Below, one piece after another: positions 47,103 to 57,353 of a stretch of 57,522 nt of DNA. Location: positions 1 to 57,522 of the forward strand of contig JBBDYA010000134.1 of the NCBI GenBank assembly GCA_040902005.1, read 5' to 3'. Made by a program: the position numbers and the translations under genes. Source of the stretch: Gemmatimonadaceae bacterium. Lineage in GTDB: Bacteria; Gemmatimonadota; Gemmatimonadetes; Gemmatimonadales; Gemmatimonadaceae. The notes beneath the pieces are model-generated. The model was not told where the DNA came from and did not search any database. It worked only from the letters and a program-made list of their open reading frames with translations. Every line of letters starts with the position of its first letter. The stretch's first letter is position 1.

Positions 47103-49574
47103 ATGCCACGCATCCTGCCCCGCCGCGCACTTTCCGCCCTCGCGCTTCTCGCGACCATCACACCCGCGACGATTGCCCGCGCCCAGGTGCGTCCGTACGC
47201 GGACGTCATCCCCCCGGGGGCTCAGTCGGAGCGCGGCATGTTCCACGTGCACCGCGTGGGCGCCAATCTCTTCTTCGAGATCCCGGATTCACTGCTGGGA
47301 CGTGACATGATCATCATGTCGCGCTACGGGCAGGTGCCGCAGGGGCTCTCGAGCGTGGGCGCGAACATGGCGCCGAACCTCGTGGTCCGCTGGGAGCGGC
47401 GCGGCGAGCAGGTGCACCTGCGCGCGGCGTCGCACCAGACCACCGCCGACTCGGGCGACGCGCGCTCCATCGCCGTGGAGGCGCAGAACTTTGCCCCGGT
47501 GCTCCAGTCGTTCCCGGTGGCCACGCGCGGCAACGGCAGCACCGTCGTGAACGTCACCGACCTGTACGTGGGCGAGCACCCGGCGTTCACGCTGCCGCGG
47601 CAGCAGCGCACCACACTCGCGGTGCGCCGGTACGAGCGCGATCGCAGCTGGCTGGAGTTCGCGCGCGCCTTTCCCACCAACGTGGAGATTCGCGTGGTGC
47701 AGAGCTACTCGGCCGATCAGCCGCCAAGCAACGCGCGCGGGGGCGCCGTGTCGCTGGAGGTGAACCACTCGATGATCCTGCTGCCGGCCACGCCGATGAT
47801 GCCGCGGCTCTCGGACGAGCGCGTGGGATTCATCAGCGTGACGCGCACCAACTACTCGCGCGACTTTCAGGGGGTGCGCGCCGAGGAGTACATCAGGAAG
47901 TACCGGATGGAGCCGCGCGACACGGCGGCATTCCTGCGCGGCGAACTGGTGGAGCCGGTCAAACCCTGGGTGTGGTACATCGATCCCGCGACCCCCGAGA
48001 AGTGGGTCCCGTATATAGAAGCGGGCATCCTGGAGTGGAACGGCGCCTTCGAGGACGCGGGGTTCAGGAACGCGATCCAGGTGCGCCGCGCGCCCACGCC
48101 GCAGCAGGACCCCACGTTCTCGCTGCTGGACGCGCGCCATTCGGTGCTGCGCTACGTGCCCACCACGGTGCGGTCCGCGAACTCCAGCGGCGACGTGGTG
48201 GATCCGCGCAGCGGCGAGGTGCTGCGCGCGCACACCAACATGTATGAAGCGGTGGCCGAGCGCATGCGCTGGCAACTGCTGTCGCAGGTGGCCGCGGCGG
48301 CGGACGACCGGCGGTACCGCACCTCGCGCCTGCCGGACGACCTCATGGGCGAAGCCATCCGCTACGTGACGTCGCACGAGACGGCGCACTCCGTGGGTCT
48401 TCCGCACAATCAGCGCGCCAACTTCGTCTTCCCGATCGATTCCATCCGCAACCCCGACTTCGTGCGCCGCATGGGGCACTCGGGGTCGTCCGTGGGACGC
48501 ACGCGCTTCAACTACGCCGCGCAACCCGGCGACGGCGTGTCGCCCGAACGCCGGATGGGCGTGTGGGATCGCTGGGCGGTGTACTGGGGCTACCGTCCCA
48601 TCATCGAAGCGAAGACGCCGGAGGCCGAGACGGCCACCCTGCACAAGTGGATCACCGAGCGCGCGGACAAGCCGTGGTTCCGTTTCGCGTCGGCGCAGTT
48701 CGGCATGGACGAGGAGTGGGACCCGTATCGCATGACCGAGGGGATCAGCGCCGACCCGGTGGAGGCGGCGTCGCTCGGCATGAGGAATCTCAAGATGATG
48801 GTGGACAGCCTGCTGCCCTGGCTGTTGCGCGACGGAGACGACTACTACGAGCTGGAGACGCACTACCTCCAGGCGCTGACGCAGTGGAACCGGTACGCGG
48901 AGCACGCGGCCGCCGCCATCGGGGGGTCGTGGACGCATCACAAGCGCTATGGCGAACCGGGGGTGGTGTACACCGCGGTGGAGCCGGCGTACCAGCGGAA
49001 GGCGATGACGTTCATCGACCAGCAGGTGCTGGCCACCCCCGTCTGGGCGTTGAACGCGAACGTGCTGCGGCGGCTGGAGCACGCGGGCGCGGTGGAGCGC
49101 ATTCGCGCCTACCAGGAGCTGGCGGTGCAGCGGCTGCTGAACCACGCGCGCATCGCGCGGATGATCGAGCACGAGGCCTTTCACGGCGCGTCCACGTACC
49201 GGCCCACGCAGATGCTGGATGACACCCGGGCGGCGGTGTGGCGCGACGCGCGGGCCGGAACCGCGGTGAACACCTACCGACGCAATCTCCAGCGCGCGTA
49301 CATCGCGCAGGCCAATCACCTGCTCAACACCGCCGACAACACGGGGTGGAGTCCGCCCCGGTCCGGCGACCTGCGCGTGGGAAGCGACACCGATCCCCGG
49401 CTGAACGGTGAGCTCAAGATCGCGCAGTCCGACATCCGGCCGCTGATCCGCGATCAGCTCAAGCTGTTGCGCGGCGAGCTGCGCGCCACGCTCACGCGCG
49501 GTGTGCAGGACCGCAACACGCGGATTCACCTGGAAGACGCGCTCGTACGGATCGACACGGCGCTGGAGCCGTAG
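47103..49574 (+). CDS. Secreted zinc-dependent metalloprotease (DUF5117/DUF4953, EcxA-like)
   Basis: Signal peptide; DERVGF, GELVEPVKP, DPRSGE, HETAHSVGLPH. Confidence 0.9.
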   Translation: MPRILPRRALSALALLATITPATIARAQVRPYADVIPPGAQSERGMFHVHRVGANLFFEIPDSLLGRDMIIMSRYGQVPQGLSSVGANMAPNLVVRWERRGEQVHLRAASHQTTADSGDARSIAVEAQNFAPVLQSFPVATRGNGSTVVNVTDLYVGEHPAFTLPRQQRTTLAVRRYERDRSWLEFARAFPTNVEIRVVQSYSADQPPSNARGGAVSLEVNHSMILLPATPMMPRLSDERVGFISVTRTNYSRDFQGVRAEEYIRKYRMEPRDTAAFLRGELVEPVKPWVWYIDPATPEKWVPYIEAGILEWNGAFEDAGFRNAIQVRRAPTPQQDPTFSLLDARHSVLRYVPTTVRSANSSGDVVDPRSGEVLRAHTNMYEAVAERMRWQLLSQVAAAADDRRYRTSRLPDDLMGEAIRYVTSHETAHSVGLPHNQRANFVFPIDSIRNPDFVRRMGHSGSSVGRTRFNYAAQPGDGVSPERRMGVWDRWAVYWGYRPIIEAKTPEAETATLHKWITERADKPWFRFASAQFGMDEEWDPYRMTEGISADPVEAASLGMRNLKMMVDSLLPWLLRDGDDYYELETHYLQALTQWNRYAEHAAAAIGGSWTHHKRYGEPGVVYTAVEPAYQRKAMTFIDQQVLATPVWALNANVLRRLEHAGAVERIRAYQELAVQRLLNHARIARMIEHEAFHGASTYRPTQMLDDTRAAVWRDARAGTAVNTYRRNLQRAYIAQANHLLNTADNTGWSPPRSGDLRVGSDTDPRLNGELKIAQSDIRPLIRDQLKLLRGELRATLTRGVQDRNTRIHLEDALVRIDTALEP

Positions 49575-49633
49575 CCGCCGATCATTTCTTTCAGAGCCGC
49601 TGGCCGTTCGAACCACCAACAGGAGAAGAGGTC

Positions 49634-50305
49634 ATGAGAATCGTCGCTGGTGCGTGCATCGCCCTCACATTGTGTGTCGTCACGGAGAGCGAAGGACAAG
49701 CAGGAGGGGGGGCTCAACAACGGCAGCCGATGGGTTTCTTCATCACGAGCGTGGGCACGGGCGACGGCGCGAACCTGGGCGGACTGGCCGGCGCGGACGC
49801 GCACTGCCAGAAGCTGGCGCAGGAGGTGGGCGCGGGCGCGCGCCTGTGGCGCGCGTACTTGAGCGCCGCCGCGTCCGCCGGTCAGGCGCCGGTGAACGCG
49901 CGCGACCGTATCGGCACCGGACCCTGGTACAACGCGCAGGGAACGCTCATCGCGTGGAATGTGACAGACCTGCACGGCGACCTGGAGCGGGACCGCAACG
50001 CCATCAACAAGGAGTTCGCGCTGAACGAGAAGGGCCAGCCGGTGAACGGCCGCGGCGACACCCCCAACCAGCACGACATTCTCACGGGCTCCACGTCGCA
50101 CGGCCGGCTGCCGATCGGCAGCGCCACGAACACCACGTGCAACAACTGGACGAGCAACGGGGCCGGGAGTGCGCTGGTGGGTCACCACGACCGGTCGGGG
50201 GGCGGCAACTCATCGTGGAACGCGGCGCACGGAAGCCGTGGCTGCGGCCAGTCGGACCTGGTGGCATCGGGCGGCGCGGGTCTCTTTTACTGCTTCGCGC
50301 CCTGA
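49634..50305 (+). CDS. Secreted lectin/endostatin-like fold protein
   Basis: FFITS-G-GDGANLGGLAGADAHCQ, NARDRIG-GPW, HDILTGS, GLFYCFA. Confidence 0.8.
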   Translation: MRIVAGACIALTLCVVTESEGQAGGGAQQRQPMGFFITSVGTGDGANLGGLAGADAHCQKLAQEVGAGARLWRAYLSAAASAGQAPVNARDRIGTGPWYNAQGTLIAWNVTDLHGDLERDRNAINKEFALNEKGQPVNGRGDTPNQHDILTGSTSHGRLPIGSATNTTCNNWTSNGAGSALVGHHDRSGGGNSSWNAAHGSRGCGQSDLVASGGAGLFYCFAP

Positions 50306-50379
50306 CCCGGACGCCGCCGATAGCCGAGGGAAGTAACTTCCGGTGCAGAGCACCGCAAACCTCTGCACCGGATGGCAGT

Positions 50380-50574
50380 ATGTTCACATCGCGCCGCCTG
50401 ACCCGCTCCACGAGCGATCGCATGATCGCCGGTGTGTGCGGCGGAATTGCGAGTTACATGGGATGGGATTCCACGATCGTCCGCGTCGGGTACGTGATTC
50501 TCTCGATCGTCTCCGCGGGCTTTCCCGGAGTGCTCGTCTACCTCGTGATGTGGGCGCTGGTACCGGAGGCGTAA
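50380..50574 (+). CDS. PspC-domain protein
   Basis: LTRSTSDRMIAGVCGGIASY-GWD-TIVR...YLVMWALVP. Confidence 0.9.
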   Translation: MFTSRRLTRSTSDRMIAGVCGGIASYMGWDSTIVRVGYVILSIVSAGFPGVLVYLVMWALVPEA

Positions 50575-50605
50575 TCCGGCGCGCCAGCGCCTCTCGCCCA
50601 ACACC

Positions 50606-51130
50606 ATGGACTTCGACCTCACGGCGGGTATCGCGGTGCTCGAGCGGACGCCGGGCACGCTGCGCGCGATGCTCGCCGGACTTGATCCCGTGTGGACCGA
50701 CGCGACCGAGGGCCCGGAGACGTGGAGCCCGTACGTCATCGTGGGCCACCTGATTCACGGCGAGCGCACGGACTGGATTCCGCGCGCGCGGATCATCCTC
50801 GCCCAGAATGCGCGGCGCCGCTTCACGCCGTATGACCGCTTCGCGCAGTTGCGCGAGAGCAAGGGAAAGTCGCTCGCCGAATTGCTCGACGAGTTTGAGC
50901 GCCTGCGCAGGGAAAATCTCGGCACCCTGACCGCATGGCATCTGACCGACGCGCAGTTCGCGCTGGAGGGCGAGCATCCCGAGCTGGGGACGGTCACGCT
51001 GCGGCAGTTGCTGGCCACCTGGGTGGCGCACGACCTGGGGCACATCGCGCAGGCCGCGCGCGTAATGGCCAAACAGTATCGCGACGCCGTGGGGCCGTGG
51101 CGCGCGTACCTTCCCGTCATGGATCGCTGA
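50606..51130 (+). CDS. DinB-family protein
   Basis: LERTP, WSPY--VGHL, HPELG-VTL-QLLATW--HDLGH. Confidence 0.9.
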   Translation: MDFDLTAGIAVLERTPGTLRAMLAGLDPVWTDATEGPETWSPYVIVGHLIHGERTDWIPRARIILAQNARRRFTPYDRFAQLRESKGKSLAELLDEFERLRRENLGTLTAWHLTDAQFALEGEHPELGTVTLRQLLATWVAHDLGHIAQAARVMAKQYRDAVGPWRAYLPVMDR

Positions 51131-51273
51131 ACGGCCGCTATCGTTTGCCCTCGTACTCGCTCGGGCTCGCTTCGCCGTAGGGGGATTGCACCAATTCAAA
51201 TGGGAAAAAGCCCTACAGATTAGGCCGCTTGGCGGCGGCATCATCAGGGACACCCAGGCACCGGGAGGTTCAC

Positions 51274-52563
51274 GTGTTCACCTGTCAGACACTGGCAGCC
51301 GAGCACCGCGTGTCCTCGCCGGGTTCTCAGGCGCCGCCGTCAGAAAACCCCGCTACGGACTCCACGCATGCCGGCACGTTGCCGGAGAAACGCGAGACAT
51401 CGCGGCGCGGCGACGCGCCCCGCGAGTCCAGTCTCGAGCGGGGGTTTATGGATAGTGGGGAACCTCTGCGCGAGATCGCGGAGGCGATGCATGATGTCGT
51501 TGCGCTGAGCGACGCGAGCGGATCGCAAGTGCTCTTCGTGAACTCCGCGTACGAGCGCATCTGGGGGCGTAGCGCCGAGGAACTGTACGCGAACCCGCTT
51601 GCGTTTCTCGAGGGCGTATACCCGGGCGACCGGGAGCGGGTGCGCGAGGCCGTGCAGCGGCGCCCGCGCGCGGAGTACAACATCGAATTCCGCGTCGTGC
51701 ATCCCAGCGGCGATGTGCGCTGGGTATGGACCAGGAGCGTGCCGGTGCGGAACGCGGCCGGCGAGATCTACCGCATGGCCACCATCGCCGAGGACATCAC
51801 CGATCGCAAACGCATCGTGGCGAGCCACCAGCAGCTGGTGCGCGGCTTCACGCACGACGTGAAGAATCCACTGGGCGCCGCTGACGGGTATCTCTCGCTC
51901 CTCGAGATGGGAGTGTACGGCGACGTCAATCCGGAACAGGCCGAAAGCCTCGGGCGCGTGCGGCGGTCCATCAAAACGGCGTTGCGCCTCGCGGCGCAGT
52001 TGCTTGAAATCGAGCAAGCGGAAGCCGGGCGGATCACCATCGAGCGCGCCAGCGTGGACCTTGCCGAGGTGACGCGGGACACCGTTGGGGAATTCAGGGC
52101 GTCGGCCAACGCGAAGCGTCTGACGCTCGAGGTGCTGCCCCCGCGTGCGGAGGACTCGCTGGTGCTCCTCACGGATGCGGCACGCGTGCGCCAGATCCTG
52201 GCGAACCTGGTGTCCAACGCGGTGAAGTACACGCCGCCGGACGGGCACATCACGGTGCGGGCGCACGTCGCGGACGACGCCGAGGCGCCGTGGCTCGGAC
52301 ACTGGATGGCCATCACCGTCGCCGACAACGGGCCGGGGATCCCGCCGGAAAGACAGGGATCGCTCTTCCGCGAGTTCACGCGCTTCGATCCCGGCGCCAC
52401 CGAAGGATCCGGCATCGGGCTGGCGATCAGCCAGCAGCTGGCTACCGCGCTCGGCGCGACGATCGCATTGACGAGCGTACCCGGCGAGGGCAGCACGTTC
52501 ACGCTCTGGCTGCCGGGCGACGACGATTCACGGATGTCGGCTCGCATGGATACGCGTGAGTGA
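51274..52563 (+). CDS. PAS-domain sensor histidine kinase
   Basis: VNSAYERIWG PAS, THDVKNPL, NLVSNAVKY, DNGPG, GSGIGL; GGGAGG before GTG 51274. Confidence 0.9.
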   Translation: MFTCQTLAAEHRVSSPGSQAPPSENPATDSTHAGTLPEKRETSRRGDAPRESSLERGFMDSGEPLREIAEAMHDVVALSDASGSQVLFVNSAYERIWGRSAEELYANPLAFLEGVYPGDRERVREAVQRRPRAEYNIEFRVVHPSGDVRWVWTRSVPVRNAAGEIYRMATIAEDITDRKRIVASHQQLVRGFTHDVKNPLGAADGYLSLLEMGVYGDVNPEQAESLGRVRRSIKTALRLAAQLLEIEQAEAGRITIERASVDLAEVTRDTVGEFRASANAKRLTLEVLPPRAEDSLVLLTDAARVRQILANLVSNAVKYTPPDGHITVRAHVADDAEAPWLGHWMAITVADNGPGIPPERQGSLFREFTRFDPGATEGSGIGLAISQQLATALGATIALTSVPGEGSTFTLWLPGDDDSRMSARMDTRE

Positions 52564-53233
52564 CCTGGCCCGGGCAGCGCCGGGCGCGCACGCTCGGCTG
52601 CCATTCCTCCGGCCTGCACCGTACGCGGCACCGCTCGTCACCACGTTCCTGCTGCGTGCCGGCGTCAACGGCGCGTTCGCAGTGTGGCTGTTCACGCGCG
52701 ATCCATCGTGGATCGAGACCTTTCAGGCAGGAACCGTATACGGGCTCGTTGACGGCGCGCTCGGCGTCCTGACCGGAATTCTGCTTGGTCGACGCCGACC
52801 GGTTGGCGCGCCGCCGCTGTTGATCGCCATGGTGATGATGGATGCGATCCTGCGAATCAGCGCGGCGCTGGCCATCCGTGCCTTCCCGGGCATACCGGAC
52901 TTTCCCATCACGATCGTGCTGTTCTTCGGCGCGCTGGGCGCGTGGGCCCTGATCGCCGGCGCCGCGGCGATGGTTGCGTGGTTCGTGGCGCATGAGGTGC
53001 ATCGAGACGTCGCAGGCCGCGCGTATTCGCGCATCCGCGCGCTGTTCGATCCGTTGTCCGTCGCGGGAGTGGTCGCGTTCGTCGTGGCCGTATACGCGCT
53101 GGTCCTGGGCCCGCCGGCCGGCGCCGCAGATCTGCGGAGCACGGTCATCGCCGTGACCGGAGCGCTCACGCTGGTCTTTCTGGCCGCATCGTTCTCCGCC
53201 GCCACGCTCGGCAGGGCGCAGGGCGCAAACTGA
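52556..53233 (+). CDS. Hypothetical multi-TM membrane protein
   Basis: About six hydrophobic helices; overlaps the kinase stop. Confidence 0.7.
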   Translation: MSDLARAAPGAHARLPFLRPAPYAAPLVTTFLLRAGVNGAFAVWLFTRDPSWIETFQAGTVYGLVDGALGVLTGILLGRRRPVGAPPLLIAMVMMDAILRISAALAIRAFPGIPDFPITIVLFFGALGAWALIAGAAAMVAWFVAHEVHRDVAGRAYSRIRALFDPLSVAGVVAFVVAVYALVLGPPAGAADLRSTVIAVTGALTLVFLAASFSAATLGRAQGAN

Positions 53234-53240
53234 CCACCCG

Positions 53241-54290
53241 CTACGCGACGTCGGTGCGCGTGACGCCGGGGATGTCGAGGATCACGTCCGCGCCGTACGC
53301 GCGCGACGGCGTCTGGAATCCCGCGGGCGCCAGCCCGCCGAGCGCCTTGGTGGCGAGGTGCACCGCCGACTGCGCCGTGAGCGTGTAGCCGCTCGCGCCG
53401 CGTAGTCTTGCCTCTACGCGCTCGCCATTCGCGGCGACCGCCTCGCCCCACAGCAGGCTCACGCCGCGCGCGCGCTCGGCGTCGGTTGGGCCGGCGGGAC
53501 CGTGACGGACTCGCGCGGCAAGTGCGCGGCGCACGATGTCGCTTCGCAGCACGGGCCCCAGCCAGCGCGACGCGATCGCCGCGCGGCGCAGCGCCGGCCG
53601 CATGCTGACGTACACCGCGATGTCCGGAATCCCCGTGCTGTGATACGCGGTGGACACGTCTCCCCAGGGAATCGTGGTCGCGTCGCGCGGCTCGCCGTCG
53701 CCAAAGTCGATCCGTCGCGTGTGCCACGCGGCGGGTACGGGGGTGATCCGGCCGTTTCGCCGAACCGCGCCCGGAGTGCCGAGACCGTTCACCATGGTCA
53801 TGAGCGTGCCGCGCGACGCGCCGCCAAGCGCGCGAAACGCGAGGGAGAGACGCACCGCATTCGGCAGTCGGCGCGCGAGATGCGCGGCGAGACAGTCCGA
53901 CGGAACGACGTCGAAACCCACGCCGGGCAGCAGCATGACGCCGGCAGCTTGCGCCTCGGCGTCCCGCCCGGCAAGTCCCTCGAACACCGCGACCTCTCCG
54001 GTGATGTCCAGGTAGTGCGCGCGCCGCCGGAGGCACGCGTCAGACATGGCTCGCCAGGTGCGCGCGAACGGTCCCGCGCAATGCAGCACGACATTGGCGC
54101 CCGCGAGCGCGGCATCGAGCGCGGCGGGATCGTCGATCGTTGCGGCGCGCCATTCCAGCCCCAGGGATTCCGCCTGCGCGCGCACGGTGTCCGCGCTCCG
54201 GCCGGCGAGCGTGGGGCGCAGCCCGCGCGCCAGCGCCTCGGCGACGATGAGCCGGCCGGTGTATCCGGTGGAACCGTAGATCAGGAGCAC
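53241..54290 (-). CDS. Saccharopine dehydrogenase-like oxidoreductase
   Basis: YGSTGYTG, HCAGPF, YLDITGE, GFDVVPSD, IPWGDV. Confidence 0.9.
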   Translation of the reverse strand: MLLIYGSTGYTGRLIVAEALARGLRPTLAGRSADTVRAQAESLGLEWRAATIDDPAALDAALAGANVVLHCAGPFARTWRAMSDACLRRRAHYLDITGEVAVFEGLAGRDAEAQAAGVMLLPGVGFDVVPSDCLAAHLARRLPNAVRLSLAFRALGGASRGTLMTMVNGLGTPGAVRRNGRITPVPAAWHTRRIDFGDGEPRDATTIPWGDVSTAYHSTGIPDIAVYVSMRPALRRAAIASRWLGPVLRSDIVRRALAARVRHGPAGPTDAERARGVSLLWGEAVAANGERVEARLRGASGYTLTAQSAVHLATKALGGLAPAGFQTPSRAYGADVILDIPGVTRTDVA

Positions 54291-54431
54291 CGCGGAACCA
54301 GGTCGTGGTACAGCGCGCGATTCGTCATGTGTTGTCTGGGGCGGCGGGGGCGACTGGCGCGTTCAACGGCAGTCGAACATAATGAGCGCCGGCTGCGGCC
54401 GGCCCGTCATCACGCGACAATCTATCCTGCG

Positions 54432-55040
54432 ATGCGATTGACCGACGAGGAACTGCGGGAGGTGCTCGCCCGCGCCGAAGAAATCCAGCGGGCCACGCGG
54501 CGCGGCGACGCGTGGGAGTCGGAGCGCTCCGCGGTGATCAGCGCCGGCGAGGCGGTGGGGCTCTCGCGAACCGCGATCGAACGCGCGATCGTCGAGCGCT
54601 TCGGCGCGCCCACCCTGCCGCCAACGGTGGGCGCCCTGACGTGGGCGCGCTCGGCTGACGGCAAGTTCTACGTCGCCGAAGTGCTCGCATCGCGCGAGGA
54701 CGGTGCCCGCGTGCTCTTTCTCCGCGGCAGCGAACACGACGTGGCGCTGGATGGAATCCGGCCGTGCTCGTTCCTGCCGGGGGAGCGCGTCGTGTGCAAC
54801 TGGCCCTGGTGGGGTGCCTGGACGTGCTCCGTCGTGTCCTACGACGCCGCGCGACAGCGCGTGACGCTGGCCGACGGATGGGGGGAGACGGAATCATTCG
54901 CGATCGCCGAGGTCTGGCTGCCGGCGATGAAGAAACCACGGGATCCGTCCCGAGCGCGCGTGTACGCCACCATCCTCGCCGCCGGCGCCAGCGCCGGCGC
55001 GATCGTCGGCGCGATCATCACGGCGATCCTGATGCGCTAG
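54432..55040 (+). CDS. Hypothetical protein with two SH3/Tudor-like repeats and a C-terminal TM
   Basis: WARSADGKFYVAEV..., VVCNWPWWGAWTCSV...; hydrophobic tail. Confidence 0.65.
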   Translation: MRLTDEELREVLARAEEIQRATRRGDAWESERSAVISAGEAVGLSRTAIERAIVERFGAPTLPPTVGALTWARSADGKFYVAEVLASREDGARVLFLRGSEHDVALDGIRPCSFLPGERVVCNWPWWGAWTCSVVSYDAARQRVTLADGWGETESFAIAEVWLPAMKKPRDPSRARVYATILAAGASAGAIVGAIITAILMR

Positions 55041-55449
55041 GGACTCGCCCAGCGTCTGGTCTCTGCATGAGCTGAACGGCGAGGTACAGCGCAAGAACCA
55101 GCAGCAGCGGAGCGGTTGCCACTCCGGGGGTGTACCCGCCCTGGCGCATCGACCAGAGCGGATGTCCGATTCCGTTGATGGTCTGAATCACGATCCAGAA
55201 CCACATGAGGCCCGATGCCGTTCGCCATCCCTGGCGCACGGGCCACAACAGACACCACCAGCCGAAGGCGACGAGCGCAACGTTGATGACGAGGAATCCG
55301 GTTTCGCCATTGCTGGACACGAGACTCGTGAGTTGCCTCGCGGGCGGGAACGTCTCCCACAGCCGACCGACATACTCCTCGGCGGAGTGAGCGGTCTGGC
55401 TCAGCACCAGCGCGCCGAACGTGAACGTGATGCGGGACTGGGGCGTCAT
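55018..55449 (-). CDS. HXXEE-domain membrane protein
   Basis: HSAEEY, NGIGHP, YTPGVATA. Confidence 0.85.
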   Translation of the reverse strand: MTPQSRITFTFGALVLSQTAHSAEEYVGRLWETFPPARQLTSLVSSNGETGFLVINVALVAFGWWCLLWPVRQGWRTASGLMWFWIVIQTINGIGHPLWSMRQGGYTPGVATAPLLLVLALYLAVQLMQRPDAGRVPSASGSP

Positions 55450-55482
55450 CAGCGTTCGTCCATGACGCTCGGCCGCCGCGAG

Positions 55483-55743
55483 CTACTTCTTCTCGCCGCT
55501 GTCCCTGCCCGGCAAGTCTGTCAGTCGCTCGAACGTATCCGCGCCGATCTGGTTCACCACCGCGGAGCCGACCATGTGGCCGATGGACGCGAAGCTGAGC
55601 ACCGGAATGCTCGCGAGCCCAACGATGCTGGACCCCCAGCCGTGCCGCGTGGGGTGCAGCGCGGTGTTCCACGCGCTGGCGTGCAGCTCGTGGATCCTGC
55701 GTCCGGTCTGGTCCAACCGTTCCACGGCGTCTTCCTTCTTCAT
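55483..55743 (-). CDS. Small hypothetical protein
   Basis: 86-aa ORF with GGGAG RBS; no family recognised. Confidence 0.5.
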   Translation of the reverse strand: MKKEDAVERLDQTGRRIHELHASAWNTALHPTRHGWGSSIVGLASIPVLSFASIGHMVGSAVVNQIGADTFERLTDLPGRDSGEKK

Positions 55744-55928
55744 GCTGATGCTCCCGCGTGTGTCTGCCCGAATGCCTCATGAACCAGACGTGGGCGTCAG
55801 GGCGAAAGGTTTCGCACGCGTCTCGCCGGGTTGAGGTGGAAGCTATAGCGCCTCACGCCGCGTGTGTCGATCCGGCGAGCATCGAGAAATGCCTTTGTCG
55901 CTGGGGAGACGGTGACGTATCTTGCGTG

Positions 55929-55945
55929 GTGGCATCAGGATAGCA
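55929..55945 (+). promoter_or_regulatory. Possible sigma54 promoter upstream of the PAS kinase
   Basis: GTGGCATCAGGATAGCA (GG-N10-GC). Confidence 0.35.
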
Positions 55946-56066
55946 GTCTCAGCAATAGGTGCCGATCACCCTGAAGTGACGCCCGAATCGTCACCCCTGG
56001 CAAACGGCGCTGAACGTGCACACGTGGCAATGGCAGGCGACCAGTCTCCGGCCGATGTCGAACTGA

Positions 56067-57353
56067 ATGGCGAAACAACTCAAGGCCACTGCCCTTCGCG
56101 TCCATACGGACGATGAGCTCACGCAGGAAACCAGCGACCTGTACCGGTTGCTGGTGGACCGCGTGCAGGACTACGCCATCTTTGCGCTGGACCCCAGGGG
56201 GTACATTCTCAGCTGGAACACCGGCGCCGAACGACTGAAGCTCTACACCGCCGAGGAGGCCATCGGGAAGCACTTCTCGATGTTCTACGGCCGGGATGAC
56301 CTCGCGGCGAAGATTCCTCAGACCGAACTGGTCGACGCCAGGCGGGACGGACGCGTGGAGGCGGAGGGATGGCGGTTCCGGAAGGACGGTACGCGCTTCT
56401 GGGCGAACGTCCTCATCACTGCGCTGCGGAACGATCGCGGCACGCTGGTGGGCTTCGCGAAGGTGACGCGCGACCTCACGGAGCGGCACGCGGCGCACGA
56501 CCGCGCGATCGAAGACGCCAATCGGATCGTGAGACAAGAGGCCGCGCGCTCGGCGGCGGAGCGGAGCGCCATGGAGCTCAAGTCGCTCACCGACCAGCTG
56601 CGCGCGCAGGCGGCGGAGCTGGAGCGGCGCACCGTGGAAGCGGAATCCGCCAATCGCGCCAAGAGCCAGTTCCTCGCCGCGATGTCGCACGAGCTGCGCA
56701 CGCCGCTGAACGCGATCGGCGGCTATTCCCAGCTGCTGCAGATGGGCGTGAGCGGGCCGGTGACAGAGGAGCAGAAGGAGCAGCTCACGCGCATCCTGCG
56801 CAGCCAGCATCATCTGCTGAGCATCATCAATGACATCCTGAACTACAGCCGGATGGAAGCGGGGCAGGTGTCCTACGAGATCACGGCGGTGCCGCTGCAC
56901 GAGGTGGTGGATTCCGTGGCACCGATGGTCGCGCTCCAGGCGCACGCCAAGCGACAGCACCTGAAGATTGGGGCCTGCTCGCTGTCGCTTGCGGCGCGTG
57001 CGGACCGCGCGAAGGTGGAGCAGATCCTCATCAACCTGCTCACGAACGCGGTGAAGTTCACGCCGGAGGGCGGCGAGGCGGAACTGACGTGCGGCAACAC
57101 GGGCGACGTCGTGTGGGTCCGCCTGCGCGATACCGGGATTGGCATCGCGGAGGAACAGCTCGAGTCCATCTTTGCGCCGTTCGTTCAGGTGGGACGCGGC
57201 CTTGCCACCCCGAAGGAGGGGGCCGGCCTGGGACTCGCGATCAGCCGCGACCTCGCGCGCGCGATGCAGGGCGACCTCACCGTCGAAAGCCGCGAAGGCA
57301 ACGGTTCGACCTTCACGCTCACGCTGCCACGCATCGACGCGAAGGCAACGTAG
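56067..57353 (+). CDS. PAS-domain sensor histidine kinase
   Basis: DYAIFALD, WNTGAE, RKDGTRFWA, MSHELRTPL, NLLTNAVKF, DTGIG, GAGLGL. Confidence 0.95.
   Translation: MAKQLKATALRVHTDDELTQETSDLYRLLVDRVQDYAIFALDPRGYILSWNTGAERLKLYTAEEAIGKHFSMFYGRDDLAAKIPQTELVDARRDGRVEAEGWRFRKDGTRFWANVLITALRNDRGTLVGFAKVTRDLTERHAAHDRAIEDANRIVRQEAARSAAERSAMELKSLTDQLRAQAAELERRTVEAESANRAKSQFLAAMSHELRTPLNAIGGYSQLLQMGVSGPVTEEQKEQLTRILRSQHHLLSIINDILNYSRMEAGQVSYEITAVPLHEVVDSVAPMVALQAHAKRQHLKIGACSLSLAARADRAKVEQILINLLTNAVKFTPEGGEAELTCGNTGDVVWVRLRDTGIGIAEEQLESIFAPFVQVGRGLATPKEGAGLGLAISRDLARAMQGDLTVESREGNGSTFTLTLPRIDAKAT

Noticed and set aside
50329..50341. GGAA-N5-TTCC palindrome like the fliA enhancer
   Set aside because: Single copy with no correctly spaced -24/-12 element downstream.
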